The notes beneath the pieces are model-generated. The model did no database searches. It was not told where the DNA came from and worked only from the letters and a program-made list of their open reading frames with translations. Shown here piece by piece: positions 61,223 to 64,000 of a stretch of DNA of 64,000 nucleotides (position 1 is the first letter of the stretch; each line of letters begins with the position of its first letter). The stretch comes from Azolla caroliniana (Eukaryota; Plantae; Polypodiophyta). Location: assembly GCA_043228905.1 (NCBI GenBank), contig JBHGNT010000015.1:4836001-4900000 (forward strand), written 5' to 3'. Made by a program: the position numbers and the translations under genes.

Positions 61223-64000
61223 TGTTCGAATGCGAGTTTTATAACAAAAAATCAGTTGATAATATAGTGGTGCTTGAGGTATAATGAAGTGGCTGTGGAA
61301 AATAAGGGAATATGGAATGGAAAGAGAAGGAGAGAGGAAGAGAGAGAAAGAGAAGAAGAAAACTTAATTGAATGATAGTTTCTGTCTCTCTCTTACAACC
61401 AACCGACCACAAAGAGAGCAAATGTGGTGGTTATAGGTGCACCCTATTTTTGGGGTGCACCTTTTCATATCATAAGGTTACGTTTTTATTATTTAGTTTC
61501 CTATTTATTTATTCTACACTAATTAGTTTATTACAACAGCCCCCCATAAACTAATTAGTTGTGAATCATTGTAATCCTAAATTTTCAGAACAAGCTTCAA
61601 ATTTGTCCGGAGGTAGAGCCTTTGTTAGAAAATCAGCCCACATATGATTTGTCAATGTAAACTCTAAGGTAGGCTTGTTTTCTTCGGCCAACTCTCGTAT
61701 AAAGTGATATTTTAAATCCACATGTTTTGTTTTCTCCGAGTGCTTTGGATTCTTCGTCAAGTAGATACATGATATATTGTCGTAGAAGATTTTCAATTGG
61801 AGTGGTTCACATAGTTGGAGTTCTTTTAACACTGTTTGCAACCATAATCCTTCTTTAGCAGCCAATGCCACAGCTACGAATTTAGCTTCAGCAGATGAGA
61901 GTGTCACAGATTCTTGTTTTTTCGATTGCCACATCACTGTTGCTCCTGCCGTTATAAAAGAAAAACCAGCAATAGATCTTCGAGAATCAACGTCCCCCCC
62001 CCAATCCGAATCAGACCAACCAACAAGTGATTTGATTGGTCTTTCGGATTGGGATCGTTTATATGTTAATCCATAGTTAGATGTGTGTTTTAGATATCAC
62101 ATAACTCGTTGAAGTGATTTCCAATGCATAAGGCCGGGGTTATGCATAAAGCGCGATAGATAATTAATTGCAAAACAAAGGTCAGGACGAGTTCCTGTGA
62201 CTAAATATCGAAGTTTTCCTATTAATTGTTTAAAGGGAAATTATTGCATAAAATTAATATCTCTTTTTGTCGTTGGACCATCGGATATGCTTAAGTTACA
62301 TGTTAGTGATAAGGGAGTAGGGCAAGGTTTAATGTTTAACATTCTGAAGGATTTCAAAATTTCATTAATGAATTTATTTTGATGAATGATCAAGGTGCCC
62401 ATACTACGATTACGCGTAACTTGCATGCCTAGAAAATAAGATAGGGGACCTAAATCTGTTATTGAAAATGCTTTGGAAAGTTCTAGTTTTGCTTGAGTAA
62501 TTTCAGATGGTGTTCCAACTATAGGAATGTCATCCACATATAGTGCTACCACTAACAACCGATTAGATGTATGATTATGTCTAATGTATATATTTGGTTC
62601 TGATAACAATCTAGAATAGCCATGTGAGAGCATAAAATTGTTAAATTTTTGAAACCATAACCTAGGAGATTGTTTGAGTCCATAAAGTGACCAATGTAAC
62701 CGACACACATAGTTTGGTTGAGAGCGTGACTCAAACCTAGGAGGTTGTGACATGTAGATTTCTTCGGGTAAATCACCATGTAGAAATGCCGTTTGTACAT
62801 CCAAATAATGTACCTCGAGGTCAAGAATGGTGGCTAGAGCCATTAGGAGCCGAAAAGATGCCATGCGAAGAACGGGTGAGAATGTCTCAGAATAGTCAAG
62901 TTCTTCAACTTGAGAAAAACCACGAGTGACAAGTCGAGCTTTGTAACGTGCAACAGTACCATCAGGCTTTAGTTTTTTCTTCAACACCCATTTGCATGAA
63001 ATAGGTGAGCATCCCATTGGGAGTGGTACTAGGGTCCACGTTTTGTTGGCCTCAAGAGATTCAAGTTCTTTTGCCATGGCAGGTTGCCATTCATTATGAT
63101 CTGGGCTTTGCAATGCCTCATTGATAGTTAAGGGATCATCAGAAATGTCTGATGTGGTTGAGGGGGAACCAAGAGCCGAAAATGCAAACTCAGGTTCAAA
63201 TTGATTGTCCGCAACAAGAGCGTCTATTTTTTTTGTGTGATCATAAAGATCTTGAATAGTACGAACTTTCTTTGGAGTAGATGTAGAGCTAAGTGAACTA
63301 GGTGATTTTGCAATGTCAGAACTATTTGTATGCTCTACATGTTGATTATTAGTGGAATATGAAGTATTTCTACATCCTATTTTAATTACTTTTGCATCAT
63401 TGTGACCAATGGTTTTCAACTTGCCATTAAGACGTGAGGATCGTCGTAGTGGAATAAGGAGATTTTTGATAGGATGGGAGCATGAATAATCAATATGAGT
63501 CAGTTGTGTTCCATCTAAAAGTTTTTACTTATGAGTGCTATGGTGATTATTAAGGCTCTTTTTACTTTGGTTGGGGTTACTGTTTAAAATTGGAGTATGT
63601 ACATCAGTTTGTTGGGATTGTTTGGTTATTAAAGGCAATAAGTTGGAGTCATTGGTTGAACCTGAGACTTGTGGGAGGACCTCTAGAGATGAGGGTATTA
63701 ATGGAGGAGAGTTAATTGTGACTTGTTGAATTTCTGAGGACATTTGTGGAGCCCGCCAAGAATTAGTAGGTGATGATATTACTTCTTTATTGGATTCAGT
63801 GTTAGACATGGTAGTCGTTTCTTGTATCTTTTCATAACCATGATGTGAATGAGGATTAGATATGAATTTGTCTTCATCAAATATCACTCGTAGGCTAAAT
63901 ATAAATCTTTTGTAATTTGGGTCGTATAATCGATAACCCTTATAGCCATGAGGTTCGCCATACCCAACAAATATTGTGCGAACCGTGTGATTATCTAGTT
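61223..64000 (-). mobile_element. Ty1/Copia retrotransposon (Copia-3), 3' part; continues beyond the window
   Basis: Minus-strand integrase C-terminus (KGYRLYDP...IIFDE), RT (YKARLV, LDVQTAFLHG, LYVDDI) and RNase H (SSAEA, KHVDLKYHFIRE). PPT GGGGGGC at 61545-61539. The 3' LTR is probably 61223-61538 (TGTT...AACA); its outer end is inferred. Confidence 0.9.
61566..64000 (-). pseudogene. Copia-3 pol (integrase tail, RT, RNase H) with stops and frameshifts
   Basis: ORFs 62241-63419 and 61566-61937, broken by TAA at 62241 and TGA at about 62098. Confidence 0.88.

Overview
Eukaryotic nuclear DNA from a land plant. Intron-containing genes, Copia/Gypsy/LINE/hAT/MULE-type elements and CT/CA microsatellites are present. 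A seed-free plant such as a fern is my guess and cannot be proven from this window. There are four intact-looking host genes, all on +: a SYT4/5-like synaptotagmin with only one C2 domain (1377-5282), an At1g74640-like alpha/beta-hydrolase-fold protein (25880-30929), and two tandem ERD4/OSCA3.1-type CSC1 channel genes (43916-49279 and 56721-60770). An L1-type LINE with a 17-bp TSD and poly(A) tail (8155-24150) carries two independent full-length Ty1/Copia insertions, one with an intact gag-pol. Also present are two hAT-type MITEs, a TIR transposon carrying a Ulp1-protease pseudogene, Gypsy debris, and a third Copia running off the right end. Main observations: (1) both OSCA paralogs lack the conserved TM6 pore glutamate; (2) both have dense G-box/ABRE clusters upstream; (3) a ghost of hydrolase exon 1 shows that the duplicated unit was hydrolase+OSCA; (4) all three unrelated Copia elements have an inverted repeat bracketing the PPT/U3 junction and another bracketing the TATA or putative TATA region. 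I found no clear evidence of a wholly new multi-gene system. All calls were made by eye with no database searches.
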